DNA from: an uncultured Pseudoflavonifractor sp.
GTDB lineage: Bacteria > Bacillota > Clostridia > Oscillospirales > Oscillospiraceae
Direction: 5' to 3'
Length of the DNA: 64,000 nt
NCBI GenBank assembly: GCA_947425785.1
Contig: CANEAY010000004.1
Span: forward strand, 66,960 to 130,959
Both the position numbers and the translations under genes were made by a program. Shown here one piece after another: positions 53,838 to 63,679 of the stretch (the first letter of the stretch is position 1; each line of letters opens with the position of its first letter). A model generated the notes under the pieces. That model had not been told where the DNA came from. It did no database searches and worked only from the letters and a program-made list of their open reading frames with translations.

Positions 53838-54818
53838 CTACTCTTTTCCGTCGGCGAAGTTATCCAAAGCGCACCGCTCCAACACCTCCTGCCGGGCTGG
53901 GATGCTGGGGATGCCCCCCGGCTTTTGGGTGGACAGGCTGGCGGCTGTGACGGCGTAGCGGCCAATATAGGTCAGGTCGTCCTCCGTCAAGGTCTCCGGG
54001 GCCTTGTCCAGCTCCAGGAGCCGGGCTACGGCGCTGCCGCCGAAGATGTCCCCTGCCCCGGTAGTGTCCACACACTTCACCCGGGGGCAGCCGGTCTTGA
54101 ACTGGCTTTTTGCCGTCTTCAAAAGGCACCCCTTGGGCCCCAGCGTGACCATGGCCAGACTGACCCCAAAATCCTTCAGCAGCCTGTCGGCCCCCTCCTC
54201 CGGCGAGCATCCCCAGAGGAAGGCCACCTCCTCGTCGCTGATCTTCACCACATCCGCCTGGGCAAGGCCCCAGAGGATCTGCTCCCTGGCCTCCCCCCCG
54301 CTCCTCCAAAGGGGCAGGCGCAGGTTGGGATCGAAGGTAATGGTCTTTCCCCGCTCCCTGGCGTAGGCCACCGCCCTTTGGGTGGCCGTCCGTGCCGGGT
54401 CGTCGGTAAGGCTCAGAGAGCCAAAATGGAAGATGCGGCTTTCGTCGATGAGGCCGGTGTCCACCTCCTCCCAGCGCAGTTGGGTGTCCGCGCCGGGCTT
54501 CCTGGCAAAGCTGAAGGAGCGCTCTCCTTTGCTGTCGAAGGTGACAAAGGCCAGAGTGGTGAAGACCTCCGGGTCTGCCCGAACGCCCCTGGTCTCAATG
54601 CCCGCCTCCTTCAAAGTGTTCAGCAGGAGCCGCCCAAAGGCGTCCTCCCCCACCTTGCCCAGAAAGGCGGTCTTCCGCCCACAGGCAGTGAGGGCCGCCA
54701 GAAAATTCCCCGGCGCCCCGCCCGGGTTGGCGGCCATGGTGGGATACCCCGCCCCATCTTCCCCTCTGGCGGCGAAGTCGATGAGCAGCTCCCCCAGGGC
54801 GGTCACATCATATTTCAC
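53838..54818 (-). CDS. PfkB-family carbohydrate kinase (fructokinase-like)
   Basis: GELLIDF, GGAPGN, GKVGEDAFG, FDPNLR, DTTGAGDIFGG; GTG start. Confidence 0.93.
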   Translation of the reverse strand: MKYDVTALGELLIDFAARGEDGAGYPTMAANPGGAPGNFLAALTACGRKTAFLGKVGEDAFGRLLLNTLKEAGIETRGVRADPEVFTTLAFVTFDSKGERSFSFARKPGADTQLRWEEVDTGLIDESRIFHFGSLSLTDDPARTATQRAVAYARERGKTITFDPNLRLPLWRSGGEAREQILWGLAQADVVKISDEEVAFLWGCSPEEGADRLLKDFGVSLAMVTLGPKGCLLKTAKSQFKTGCPRVKCVDTTGAGDIFGGSAVARLLELDKAPETLTEDDLTYIGRYAVTAASLSTQKPGGIPSIPARQEVLERCALDNFADGKE

Positions 54819-55515
54819 AGTCCTTCCCTCCCTTTGCCGGGGGATATTCATTGCACAGCAGCCGGTAGGGCGGCTCGTCCTCCTCGATCTCCGGGAACCG
54901 GCCCATGGGCGGCATAAAGCGGTTATCTATATTGTCATCGTTGCACTGGCTCACTTCGCCCAGCAGTACCGCCCCTGTCCCCGGCTCTACGGCAAAGTCG
55001 TGATAAAGGCCCTGGGTGATAAAAATACTCTCCCCCGGCGTGAGCCGGATCTGTGTTCCGGCCGGCACCGTCCGCTCCAGGCCATCCATATGGACGGTCA
55101 CATCGGACTGGTAGTCGATCTCCTCATTGGGCAGGCTGTTATAGACCCGGATGAGCACATTGCCGCCGCCCCGGTTGATGATATCCTCGGTCTTATACCA
55201 GTGAAAGTGATTGGGGGCATACTGTCCCTCTTTCAGGTAAAGGAGCTTCTCCGCATAGACCTTGGGGTACTTTTCCGAAAGCGCCCGGCTGCCGTTGCGG
55301 ATGGTGACAAGGGAAAAGCCCAGCCTGTCAAAGTCTCCCTTGCCGTAGTCGGTGATATCCCACCCCAGCATACACTCCCGCACTTCATCGTACTCATGGC
55401 CCTTGCTCTGCCACTCCTCCGGGGTGAAATGGCAAAACGGCGGCAGAAAACAGTGATACCGCTGACACATAGCCTCCAACTCCCGCAGAGCCCTGTTGAT
55501 CTCACTGCGTTTCAT
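54808..55515 (-). CDS. D-lyxose/D-mannose family ketol-isomerase (cupin)
   Basis: LGWDITD, YAEKLL, PNHFHWYKTEDIINRGGG, LTPGESI, GEVSQCNDDNIDNRF. Confidence 0.88.
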   Translation of the reverse strand: MKRSEINRALRELEAMCQRYHCFLPPFCHFTPEEWQSKGHEYDEVRECMLGWDITDYGKGDFDRLGFSLVTIRNGSRALSEKYPKVYAEKLLYLKEGQYAPNHFHWYKTEDIINRGGGNVLIRVYNSLPNEEIDYQSDVTVHMDGLERTVPAGTQIRLTPGESIFITQGLYHDFAVEPGTGAVLLGEVSQCNDDNIDNRFMPPMGRFPEIEEDEPPYRLLCNEYPPAKGGKDCEI

Positions 55516-55598
55516 ACGCCATGCCTCCCTCTTCAAGCGCCTCGGCCCGTTTCTCTTATCATAAGCCGGGGGTCTCACTTTGTCAATCCTGCCGCAGA

Positions 55599-55622
55599 TG
55601 TGCGCTTTTTTGTGCGCTTTTT
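55599..55622. repeat. Perfect 12-bp tandem repeat near the tRNA-Ala 3' end
   Basis: TGTGCGCTTTTT twice (55599-55610, 55611-55622), with a degenerate TGTGGCCCTTTG near 55632. Confidence 0.8.
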
Positions 55623-55672
55623 CCCTTTTGCTGTGGCCCTTTGCGTGGCAAGGATCAATCTAAGAAAGAAAA

Positions 55673-55707
55673 CAAAAAACCTTGAAAACATAGTGTTTTC
55701 AAGGTTT
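55673..55707 (-). terminator. Hairpin/terminator downstream of tRNA-Ala
   Basis: aaaccttgaaaaca-tag-tgttttcaaggttt. Confidence 0.75.
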
Positions 55708-55726
55708 CTTGCACTCTCTTTCGAGA

Positions 55727-55802
<76 letters not shown>

Positions 55803-55845
55803 ATATTCACTTTCCTGTCGGCAAGCACCGTACCGAACGAATGAC

Positions 55846-55874
55846 ATTTTAACAGACCAGGCCGCGCTTGTCAA
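55846..55874 (-). promoter_or_regulatory. Sigma-A promoter of tRNA-Ala
   Basis: Minus strand TTGACA-17 bp-TAAAAT. Confidence 0.8.
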
Positions 55875-55921
55875 CAGGAAAGTGAAATTTTCTTGGAATA
55901 TTTTTTAGGTCTTCCCCCGCA

Positions 55922-57268
55922 TCAGTTCAAAAAGTCCTTCAGCTTCTTGGAGCGGCTGGGGTGGCGGAGCTTCCGCAGAGCCTTTGCCTCGATCTGGCGG
56001 ATGCGCTCCCGGGTGACGTTAAACTCCTTGCCCACCTCTTCCAGGGTGCGGGTGCGGCCGTCCTCCAGGCCAAAACGGAGCTTGAGCACCTTCTCCTCCC
56101 GGGGGGTGAGGGTGTCCAGCACATCAATGAGCTGCTCCTTCAAAAGGGTGTAACTGGCAGCCTCGGCAGGCTCTGAAGCGTCCTCGTCGGGGATGAAATC
56201 TCCCAGGTGGGAGTCCTCCTCCTCGCCGATGGGGGTCTCCAGGCTCACCGGCTCCTGGGCGATCTTCAAAATTTCCCGCACCTTCTCCACGGGCATCCCC
56301 ATCTCCTCGGAGATCTCCTCCGGGGTGGGATCGTGGCCCAGCTCCTGAAGAAGCTGGCGGGAAACCCGAATGACCTTGTTGATGGTCTCCACCATGTGGA
56401 CGGGGATACGGATGGTACGGGCCTGGTCGGCGATGGCCCGGGTAATGGCCTGGCGGATCCACCAGGTGGCGTAGGTGGAGAATTTAAAGCCCTTCACATA
56501 GTCGAACTTCTCCACCGCCTTGATAAGGCCCAGATTGCCCTCCTGGATGAGGTCGAGGAAGAGCATTCCCCGGCCCACATACCGCTTGGCGATGGAGACC
56601 ACCAGCCGCAGGTTGGCTTCCGCCAGCCGCTGCTTGGCCTTTTCGCCCTTCTTGACGGCCTCCTCCAGCTCCCGGCGGGTGGCCTCGTCCAGGTCGTCCC
56701 CGGCCTCGGCCAGGGTCTCCGCCGCGGCGGCGCCCATACCCATGGCCTGGGCCAGCGCCACCTCCTCCTCGCTGGTCAGCAAGTCCACCTTGCCGATCTC
56801 CTTGAGGTACATACGCACCGGGTCGTCGATGCCGAAGGACTCCGCCAGGGCGGAGGGGTCAACGACCTCCTCCTCGGCGATCTCCTCCACCTCCGCCAGC
56901 TCCTCTGGCGGGGGGGCCAGGTCGGCGTCGGACAGGTCTGCCAGAGCCTCCAGCTCGGGGAGATCCTCCTCGTCGCCTACCACCTCGATGCCCTGGTTCT
57001 CCATCACGTCGTAGACCTTGTCCATCTGGTCGCCGTCCAGGTTCAGGTCGTCCAGGGTATCCATCATCTCGGAGGAGGACAGCTTTCCCTTCTTTTTGCC
57101 CTTCATGATAAGCTCACTGACCCGCTCCGCGCCGGGAACGCCCTCCAGCAGCTTCATGATCTCGGCGTGCTTGCTCTCCAGCTCCTCCGGGGTGAGGGCG
57201 GTCTGCTGCTCCGCCGCTTTGGTCTTGCTCTTCTTCTCGGCGCTCTTGCCGCTCTTCTTCTCGCTCAT
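55922..57268 (-). CDS. rpoD: Primary sigma factor
   Basis: [88 protein letters not shown]. Confidence 0.98.
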   Translation of the reverse strand: MSEKKSGKSAEKKSKTKAAEQQTALTPEELESKHAEIMKLLEGVPGAERVSELIMKGKKKGKLSSSEMMDTLDDLNLDGDQMDKVYDVMENQGIEVVGDEEDLPELEALADLSDADLAPPPEELAEVEEIAEEEVVDPSALAESFGIDDPVRMYLKEIGKVDLLTSEEEVALAQAMGMGAAAAETLAEAGDDLDEATRRELEEAVKKGEKAKQRLAEANLRLVVSIAKRYVGRGMLFLDLIQEGNLGLIKAVEKFDYVKGFKFSTYATWWIRQAITRAIADQARTIRIPVHMVETINKVIRVSRQLLQELGHDPTPEEISEEMGMPVEKVREILKIAQEPVSLETPIGEEEDSHLGDFIPDEDASEPAEAASYTLLKEQLIDVLDTLTPREEKVLKLRFGLEDGRTRTLEEVGKEFNVTRERIRQIEAKALRKLRHPSRSKKLKDFLN

Positions 57269-59046
57269 TGTCCATCCTCCATTGTCTTTTCTCTTTGCCG
57301 TTCACGCAGGGCCAGCAGGGCGTCCTCCCCCTTGGGGGCCTCCCGGGCCGCCGCCTCCCCGCGTATGGTCTCTATGTAGTCCCCCATGGCCTTGTCCGCG
57401 TATGCCAGGGATTCCGGCTGTCCCGCCACCTTCACCAGGTGGCTCATCTCATCCCCTGTCAGCTCCCCTTCCAAAGCGGGAAGCTGAACGCTGAGGCCCC
57501 GGTCATGCCGATCCCGCAGGATCCGGAATGCCTTGCCCAGCACCGGGGAGGAAAACTGCTCCGGCTCCACCGCCGCCTTGGAAAAGAGGGCGCTGTCCAG
57601 CAGCACCAGCCGCAAAAGCCCCTCCTCCGCCCGGGCGGAGCGGATGTTCTCATACCGTAATTCCCGGCTCTGTGGCTGCAGATTCACCGCCGGGGCCATA
57701 GCCCTTCGCCGCTCCTTCTTCTTCGCCTGCCAGGCCCGGTTCTTCCGCCACCGCTCCACCTCCTGGTGGAAGGCGGCCTCGGAGATGCCGGCGGCCTTGG
57801 CGGCCTTAACGCCGTATATCTCCCGCTCAATGGGGCTCTCCAGTGCCCCCACGGTCTCCACCGCCGAGCGCAGGAAGGCCATGCGCCCCTCGTCGCTGTC
57901 CAGGTCGGCCCCCTGCAAAAGCACGTCCAGCCGGTAGTCGTTCTGCCCCGCCGAGCCGTTCAGGCACTTTTCAAAGGCGGCAGGGCCGAACTTCTTCACA
58001 AAGTCGTCGGGATCCTGCTTGATGGGCTTCCCTTCCCCGTCCACCGCGTTGGGCAGCTGGAGCACCCGGACGGTGAGGTCGGCGTTTTTCAGGATGCCCA
58101 GCACCCGCTCGGTGGATTTCTTCCCCGCCGCGTCGTTGTCGTAGCAGAGCACCAGCTCCTTGGTGTACCGGGACAGGATGCGGGCGTGGTCGGCGGTGAG
58201 GGCGGTGCCCATGGTGGCCACCACGTTGTCAAAGCCCGCCTGATGGAGGGTGATGACGTCAATGTTGCCCTCCACCAGGATGAGGTTGGGCCGCTTGGTG
58301 GCCTTGGCGAAGTTGAGGGCGTAGATGAGCTGGCTCTTCTTAAAGCACACCGTGTCGGGGCTGTTCAGGTACTTGGCCCCCTCCAGCCCCGGCAGGAGCC
58401 GGCTGGTGAAGCCCACCACATCCCCCCGCACGTCGATGACCGGGAGCATGAGCCGGGAACGGAACTTGTCGTAGATGCCGCCGTTCTTCCCCGCCACCGC
58501 CAGGCCCGCGTCAATGAGTTCCAGCTTGGAAAAGCCCTGGGCGGTGAGTGCCTTTGTCATAGCGTCCCACTCGTCCGGGGCGGCCCCCAGGCCAAACTTC
58601 GTGGCGAACTTGGGACTGATGCGCCGCTGGGCGATGTAGTCCCGGACAGCGGCGCCGCCGGGTGCGCCCAGATACTGGTAGTAGAACCGGGCGGCGGCTT
58701 TGTTGGCCTCCAGGGCCCGGTGGAGCTTCTTTCGCCCCTCGTCGCTGCCGCCGGTCTCCGGCACCTCCATACCAACCCGTTTCGCCAGGTGCCGCACCGC
58801 GTCAGGAAAGCTTAAGTGCTCCATCTCCATCACGAAGGAGATGACCCCGCCCCCCTTGCCGCAGCCGAAGCAGTGGTAAATTTGCTTGTCCCGGGAGACG
58901 GAGAAGGAAGGGGTCTTCTCCGTGTGGAAGGGGCACAGCCCCCACAGGTTCCCGCCCTTCTGGGTCAGGTGGACGTACTCCCCGACTACATCGGATATCT
59001 CATTCCGGGCCACCAGTTCATCGATAAATTGTTCCGGGATGGCCAT
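57265..59046 (-). CDS. dnaG: DNA primase
   Basis: Zn finger [42 protein letters not shown]. Confidence 0.97.
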   Translation of the reverse strand: MAIPEQFIDELVARNEISDVVGEYVHLTQKGGNLWGLCPFHTEKTPSFSVSRDKQIYHCFGCGKGGGVISFVMEMEHLSFPDAVRHLAKRVGMEVPETGGSDEGRKKLHRALEANKAAARFYYQYLGAPGGAAVRDYIAQRRISPKFATKFGLGAAPDEWDAMTKALTAQGFSKLELIDAGLAVAGKNGGIYDKFRSRLMLPVIDVRGDVVGFTSRLLPGLEGAKYLNSPDTVCFKKSQLIYALNFAKATKRPNLILVEGNIDVITLHQAGFDNVVATMGTALTADHARILSRYTKELVLCYDNDAAGKKSTERVLGILKNADLTVRVLQLPNAVDGEGKPIKQDPDDFVKKFGPAAFEKCLNGSAGQNDYRLDVLLQGADLDSDEGRMAFLRSAVETVGALESPIEREIYGVKAAKAAGISEAAFHQEVERWRKNRAWQAKKKERRRAMAPAVNLQPQSRELRYENIRSARAEEGLLRLVLLDSALFSKAAVEPEQFSSPVLGKAFRILRDRHDRGLSVQLPALEGELTGDEMSHLVKVAGQPESLAYADKAMGDYIETIRGEAAAREAPKGEDALLALRERQREKTMEDGQ

Positions 59047-59131
59047 GCTCCTCCCCCCTTTCCCCACTTTGGGCTATGATTGCCAAACTCTGACAGTTTT
59101 ATACCGCTTTCGTCTGTTCCCTATCCCGCTC

Positions 59132-60136
59132 CTATTTTACCGACCAGGATTTGGGAATAAACAGGTCGAGGTAAGTCTCCACGGCGTAGGCGTCGGTCAT
59201 GCCGGCGATGTAGTCGCACACCGCCCGCTCCTCTCCCTCGGCCGCCCGGATGTCCTGGAACTCCTGGGGGAGCTTGTCCAAATGGGACATATAATAGTCA
59301 AACAGCCGCCGCAGAAGCTCCTGGGCCTTGCCCTCCTCCCCCTTTGCCATGGGATTGAGGTACACCGAGGCGAACATGAAGTCCTTGAGCTGCCCCATAG
59401 CCGCCTTCTTCTCCGGGGATTGGAGGATATCCCCCTTCCCCTGGCTGTAATCGATGATGTCCATAATAAGGGTGTTGATGCGCTGGGCGTGGGTGCTGCC
59501 CAGCTCCTGGGCCACCTCGGCGGGGATGTCCAGGGGATAGATGACCCCGCCCCGGAGGGCGTCGTCAATGTCGGCGCTCAAATAGGCGATCTTGTCGGAG
59601 ATGCGCACGATGCGCCCCTCCAGGGTCTCCGCCTGCTCCCCCCCGGAGTGGCACAGGATGCCCCGGCGCACCTCGTAGGTCAGGTTCAGGCCCTCCCCCT
59701 CGTTTTCCAGCCGGTCCACCACCCGCAAAGACTGCTCAAAGTGGCGGAAGCCGCCGGGCATGATCTCGTTCAAAAGCCGCTCCCCAGCGTGGCCGAAGGG
59801 GGTGTGCCCCAGGTCGTGGCCCAGGGCGGCGGCCTCGGCCAAGTCCTCGTTGAGCCCCAGGCCCCGGGCGATGGTGCGGGCCACCCGGGCCACCTCCAGA
59901 GTGTGGGTCATCCGGGTGCGGTAGTGATCCCCCTCCGGCTGGAGAAAGACCTGGGTCTTGTGCTTGAGCCGCCGGAAGGCCTTGCAGTGGACGATGCGGT
60001 CTGTGTCCCGCTGGAAGCAGGTGCGCACCGGGCAGGGCTCCACCGGCCGCTCCCGGCCCCTGGACTGCTCGGCCAGGCAGGCGAAGGGAGACAGATCCTT
60101 CCGCTCCCGCGCCTCCAGCTGTTCCCGAATGGTCAT
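59132..60136 (-). CDS. dgt: Deoxyguanosinetriphosphate triphosphohydrolase-like protein
   Basis: FQRDTDRIVHCKAFRRLKHKTQVF, RTRMTHTLEV, GHDLGHTPFGHAGE, DYIAGMTD. Confidence 0.95.
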   Translation of the reverse strand: MTIREQLEARERKDLSPFACLAEQSRGRERPVEPCPVRTCFQRDTDRIVHCKAFRRLKHKTQVFLQPEGDHYRTRMTHTLEVARVARTIARGLGLNEDLAEAAALGHDLGHTPFGHAGERLLNEIMPGGFRHFEQSLRVVDRLENEGEGLNLTYEVRRGILCHSGGEQAETLEGRIVRISDKIAYLSADIDDALRGGVIYPLDIPAEVAQELGSTHAQRINTLIMDIIDYSQGKGDILQSPEKKAAMGQLKDFMFASVYLNPMAKGEEGKAQELLRRLFDYYMSHLDKLPQEFQDIRAAEGEERAVCDYIAGMTDAYAVETYLDLFIPKSWSVK

Positions 60137-60261
60137 AGCCAGCGCCCCTTTCTTTTGTACTTCTATCCCTATATACGACGCCCAGGAGGAAAACCCTCTT
60201 TTTTCAGAAAAATTCTCTGAAAATTCACAAAAGACGGCTGTTTTTCACAGCCGTCTTTCCC

Positions 60262-60900
60262 TCATCCTCTGGGCACAGCCTTCCACTGGGTACCCACACA
60301 CTTGGGCGCGCTCCCCCCGGCGGACAGCTCCCCCACCCGTTGGGCGAAATCCTCCTCCGCCCCTTGGGGCAACAAGGCCCGAAAGAGGATGTCCGAACCG
60401 AACTCGTGCTCCCCCTCCGTCCCCTGAAGCCCCGCCAGCTCCAGCTTCAGCCGCTCAAAAAGGGGATAGGGGCAGGGGCACTCCACCACCGTCCAGGGCC
60501 GCATCACCGAGATGCCGGCGGCGTCCAGAGCGTCCTTGGCCGAGCGGGTGTAGGCCCGGGTCAGCCCCCCCGCCCCCAGCAAAATGCCGCCAAAGTACCG
60601 GGTGGAGACGCACACCACGTTGGTGACCTCCTCCCGCTGAAAGACGTTCAGCATGGGCTGTCCGGCGGTGCCCTGGGGCTCCCCGTCGTCGGAGTAGCGC
60701 TCCACGCCCCCCTCCTTCAGCCGGTAGCACCAGCAGTTGTGCCGGGCGTCGTGGTAGCGCTTCTTCATGGCCTCGATACAGCTCCGGGCCTCCTCCTCGG
60801 TGGCGGCGGGCCACACGTGACCGATGAACCGGGAGCGCTTCTCGGTGAACTCTGTCTCCGACGGGGCGGTGGGGATGAGATATTCCATCTTACCGCTCAT
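60262..60900 (-). CDS. yigZ: YigZ/IMPACT family protein
   Basis: EKRSRFI, ARHNCW, SDDGEPQGTAG, RYFGGILLGAGGLTRAY. Confidence 0.92.
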   Translation of the reverse strand: MSGKMEYLIPTAPSETEFTEKRSRFIGHVWPAATEEEARSCIEAMKKRYHDARHNCWCYRLKEGGVERYSDDGEPQGTAGQPMLNVFQREEVTNVVCVSTRYFGGILLGAGGLTRAYTRSAKDALDAAGISVMRPWTVVECPCPYPLFERLKLELAGLQGTEGEHEFGSDILFRALLPQGAEEDFAQRVGELSAGGSAPKCVGTQWKAVPRG

Positions 60901-61096
60901 CGCTCCGCCCCACCAGGTAGTCCATACTGACCCCAAAAAAGTCCGCCATGCGCCAGAGCACGGAGGCGTTTGGCTCCCGCTCGCCATACTCATAACGGCA
61001 ATATGACCGCATGGCAATTTTCAGCCCTTCCGCCACTTCTTCCTGCTTCAATTTCTTCTCCAACCGCAGACTTTTTAATCTCTCTGCCAGTTTCAT
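60890..61096 (-). CDS. XRE-family helix-turn-helix regulator, 68 aa
   Basis: MKLAERLKSLRLEKKLKQEEVAEGLKIAMRSYCRYEYGEREP..MADFFGVSMDYLVGRS. Confidence 0.93.
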   Translation of the reverse strand: MKLAERLKSLRLEKKLKQEEVAEGLKIAMRSYCRYEYGEREPNASVLWRMADFFGVSMDYLVGRSDER

Positions 61097-61108
61097 TTGA
61101 AAAACCCC

Positions 61109-61137
61109 TTGACATGCCCGCTCGGGCAAGTTATAAT
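61109..61137 (+). promoter_or_regulatory. Consensus sigma-A promoter of the DUF6809-like gene, with a palindrome in the spacer
   Basis: TTGACA (61109-61114)-17 bp-TATAAT (61132-61137); the spacer contains TGCCCG-CT-CGGGCA. Confidence 0.85.
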
Positions 61138-61166
61138 AATACCAGAATTTGACCGCACGGTCAAAT
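61136..61166 (-). promoter_or_regulatory. Overlapping divergent promoter of the XRE gene, with a palindrome over the -35
   Basis: Minus strand TTGACC (61159-61164)-17 bp-TATTAT (61136-61141); ATTTGACC-GCAC-GGTCAAAT at 61147-61166. Confidence 0.75.
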
Positions 61167-61178
61167 CGAGGTGATTTT

Positions 61179-61442
61179 ATGACTGACCCTGTCCTTGCCC
61201 TCTACCAGTACGCCATGCGCGATGACGTCTACCTTCAATACATGGACGACCTCCAGGAGTATACCTCCAACTCCGCTTACAGCGCCGCCGCCCTGGAGCG
61301 GCTCCGGGCCATGCTGGACGCCCCCGCCCAAAAGGAGCTGGACAACTTCCTCGACATGAAAAATGTGGCCGACTCCATCGAGCTGGAGGCCCTCTTCACC
61401 GCCGGGCTTTCCTTCGGCCTTCAGCTCCTCCGGCTCCTTTAG
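61179..61442 (+). CDS. Small helical hypothetical protein, DUF6809-like
   Basis: 87 aa, GAGGTG RBS, C-terminal ELEALFTAGLSFGLQLL (F..G...G pattern). Family recognised by eye only. Confidence 0.7.
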   Translation: MTDPVLALYQYAMRDDVYLQYMDDLQEYTSNSAYSAAALERLRAMLDAPAQKELDNFLDMKNVADSIELEALFTAGLSFGLQLLRLL

Positions 61443-62734
61443 TCCTCCCAGGGCTCCTTGGCGGGCGTCCACCCCTCGGTGACGAACTGCCGCACCTGGC
61501 CCAGCACCTTGGGGGTGCACACCGCCGAGACCTGGATGGTCTCGCCGTACTCCACCTTCTCCACCTTGGCCTCCCGGTAGAGCATGTCCACCAGCCCCCC
61601 CTGGTCGTAGGGGATGGCCAGCTCCACCTTGTGGGCCCCCTGGTCAAGCCGGCGGCGCAGCTCCGCCAGGAGCTTGTCCACCCCTTCCCCGGTCTTGGCG
61701 GAGAGGGTGACGATGCCCTCCCCGTGGGGGAGGATGTCCCCCTCCAGCAGGTCGGCCTTGTTGAATACGTCTACCCGTGGCTTCTCCCAGGCGCCCAGCT
61801 CGGTGATAAGCCGCTCCACCACATCTGCCTGCTCCCGCCACTGGGGGTTGGACGCGTCGATGACGTGGAGCAGAAGGTCGGCGTACTCCAGCTCCTCCAG
61901 GGTGGCCTTGAAGGCCTCCACCAGCTGGTGGGGCAGCTTGGAGATAAAGCCCACCGTGTCGGACAGAAGCACTGTGCAGGTGTCGGACAGCTCCAATGTG
62001 CGGGTGGTGGTGTCCAGGGTGTCAAAGAGCCGGTTATTGGCGGGGATGTCCGCCCCGGTCAGGTGGTTCAAAAGGGTGGATTTCCCCGCGTTGGTGTAGC
62101 CCACGATGGCCACCACCGGCACCTCGTTCTTCTCCCGGCGCTGCCGCTGGGTGGAGCGCACCCGGCGCACCTCCCGCAGCTCGTCGGTGAGCTTGTCGAT
62201 CTTCTTGCGGATGAGCCGCCGGTCGGTCTCCAGCTGGGTCTCGCCGGGGCCACGGGTGCCGATGGCGCCCTCCTGCCGCTCCAGATGCTTCCACATGCTG
62301 GTCAGCCGGGGCAGCAGGTACTTGTACTGGGCCAGCTCCACCTGGAGCCGTCCCTCGCTGGTGCGGGCCCGCTGGGCGAAGATGTCCAGAATGAGGGCGG
62401 AACGGTCCAGCACCTGCACCCCCAGGGCTTCGGTGAGGGCCCGCTGCTGGGAGGGGGACAGGTCGTTGTCGAAGATGACCAGGTCGGCCTCCACCCCCTG
62501 GCAGAGCCCCTTCAGCTCCTCCACCTTGCCCTCCCCCAAAAATGTCCTGGGGTCGGGGGTGGCCTTGTTTTGCAGAACGGTGCCCAGGCATACCCCCCCA
62601 GCGGTCTCCAGAAGGGCCTCCAGCTCTTCCAGCGACTCCTCGGTGGCGTTGTCCTCCTTGGACAGGCAGTTGGCATTCAGCCCCGCCAGCACTGCCCGGT
62701 TGATCTTCTTCCCGTCAAAGGTTTTCTCGAACAT
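61439..62734 (-). CDS. hflX: Ribosome-splitting GTPase
   Basis: ILDIFAQRARTSEGRLQVELAQ, GTRGPGETQLETDRR, VGYTNAGKST, DTVGFI, NKAD. Confidence 0.97.
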   Translation of the reverse strand: MFEKTFDGKKINRAVLAGLNANCLSKEDNATEESLEELEALLETAGGVCLGTVLQNKATPDPRTFLGEGKVEELKGLCQGVEADLVIFDNDLSPSQQRALTEALGVQVLDRSALILDIFAQRARTSEGRLQVELAQYKYLLPRLTSMWKHLERQEGAIGTRGPGETQLETDRRLIRKKIDKLTDELREVRRVRSTQRQRREKNEVPVVAIVGYTNAGKSTLLNHLTGADIPANNRLFDTLDTTTRTLELSDTCTVLLSDTVGFISKLPHQLVEAFKATLEELEYADLLLHVIDASNPQWREQADVVERLITELGAWEKPRVDVFNKADLLEGDILPHGEGIVTLSAKTGEGVDKLLAELRRRLDQGAHKVELAIPYDQGGLVDMLYREAKVEKVEYGETIQVSAVCTPKVLGQVRQFVTEGWTPAKEPWED

Positions 62735-62760
62735 AGTACCTCCGTAAAGGCGAGGCGGCC

Positions 62761-63261
62761 TTATTTTTTCAGAACTGCCTCGATCTCTCCAATATACATC
62801 CTGTGGTAGTCTTTGCCCGGATAGCTGGCCTCATCCACCGCCCTGTCCGCAAACCCGGCGGGGTCGAAGTCCTGGGCGTAGAGCTTGCGGCACACCAGCA
62901 CCAGCTCCGCCTCGGCAAAATAGGGGGTAGCCAGGCCGCTTTCCACCGTCAGGCCGCATTCCTTCACCTTGTCGGTGTCCCGGCCGCTCCTGCTGCCGCA
63001 GAGGGCCATAGCATCCCGGCGATCCTCCGGCAGGAAGCACAGGGAGAAATGCCCCTCCTTCTCCATCAGGCCGTAAGTGTACCGCTGGGGCCGGACGTAG
63101 ACGGTGGCCACGGGCTTGTTCCACAAAATGCCCGTCCCGCCCCAGCTGACGGTCATGGGGTTGCACCCCTCCCCGTCCGCCACGGTGAGCAGGGCCCAGC
63201 GGTCAGCCAGCAGAGAGAAGAAATTGCTGTCCAGTGCCTTGGGGTCTACCTTTTGAAACAT
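62761..63261 (-). CDS. Flavin reductase / flavoredoxin family protein
   Basis: CNPMTVSWGG, VRPQRYT, CGSRSGRD.DK, LVCRKLY, YHRMYIGEI. Confidence 0.88.
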   Translation of the reverse strand: MFQKVDPKALDSNFFSLLADRWALLTVADGEGCNPMTVSWGGTGILWNKPVATVYVRPQRYTYGLMEKEGHFSLCFLPEDRRDAMALCGSRSGRDTDKVKECGLTVESGLATPYFAEAELVLVCRKLYAQDFDPAGFADRAVDEASYPGKDYHRMYIGEIEAVLKK

Positions 63262-63344
63262 GCCGCATCCCTCCAATACGATATTGCACTATCCTATGCA
63301 AAAGGGCCTGTACCGTAAACCGGCACAGGCCCTTCCATGTTCCA

Positions 63345-63551
63345 TTACTTTTTGTCCAGACCAAACTTCTTGTTGAAGCGGCTGACACGGCCACCGGTGT
63401 CCACCATCTTCTGCTTGCCGGTGAAGAAGGGGTGACACTTGGAGCAGACTTCGACACGGATGTTCTCCTTGGTGGAGCCGGTCTCGATCACGTTGCCGCA
63501 GGCACAGGTGATGGTGGTCTGCTTGTAGTCGGGATGGATGCCTTCCTTCAT
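63345..63551 (-). CDS. rpmE: 50S ribosomal protein L31 (Zn-binding type)
   Basis: [40 protein letters not shown]. Confidence 0.98.
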   Translation of the reverse strand: MKEGIHPDYKQTTITCACGNVIETGSTKENIRVEVCSKCHPFFTGKQKMVDTGGRVSRFNKKFGLDKK

Positions 63552-63679
63552 GTTGGGATTCACCTCTTTCTCGTTCCTGGTGAAGCGGCGCAGCAAACTT
63601 CCACGCCTTATAAACGCTATGATATGATAGCACAGCCGCCGGAAAAATGCAAGAGGTAATTTTCAAAAGCCGGGAAAAC

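Noticed and set aside
55922-57268. Unusual sigma factor because of its long charged N-terminus and insert
   Set aside because: It fits region 1.1 plus a short non-conserved region of a normal primary sigma in the dgt-dnaG-rpoD operon.
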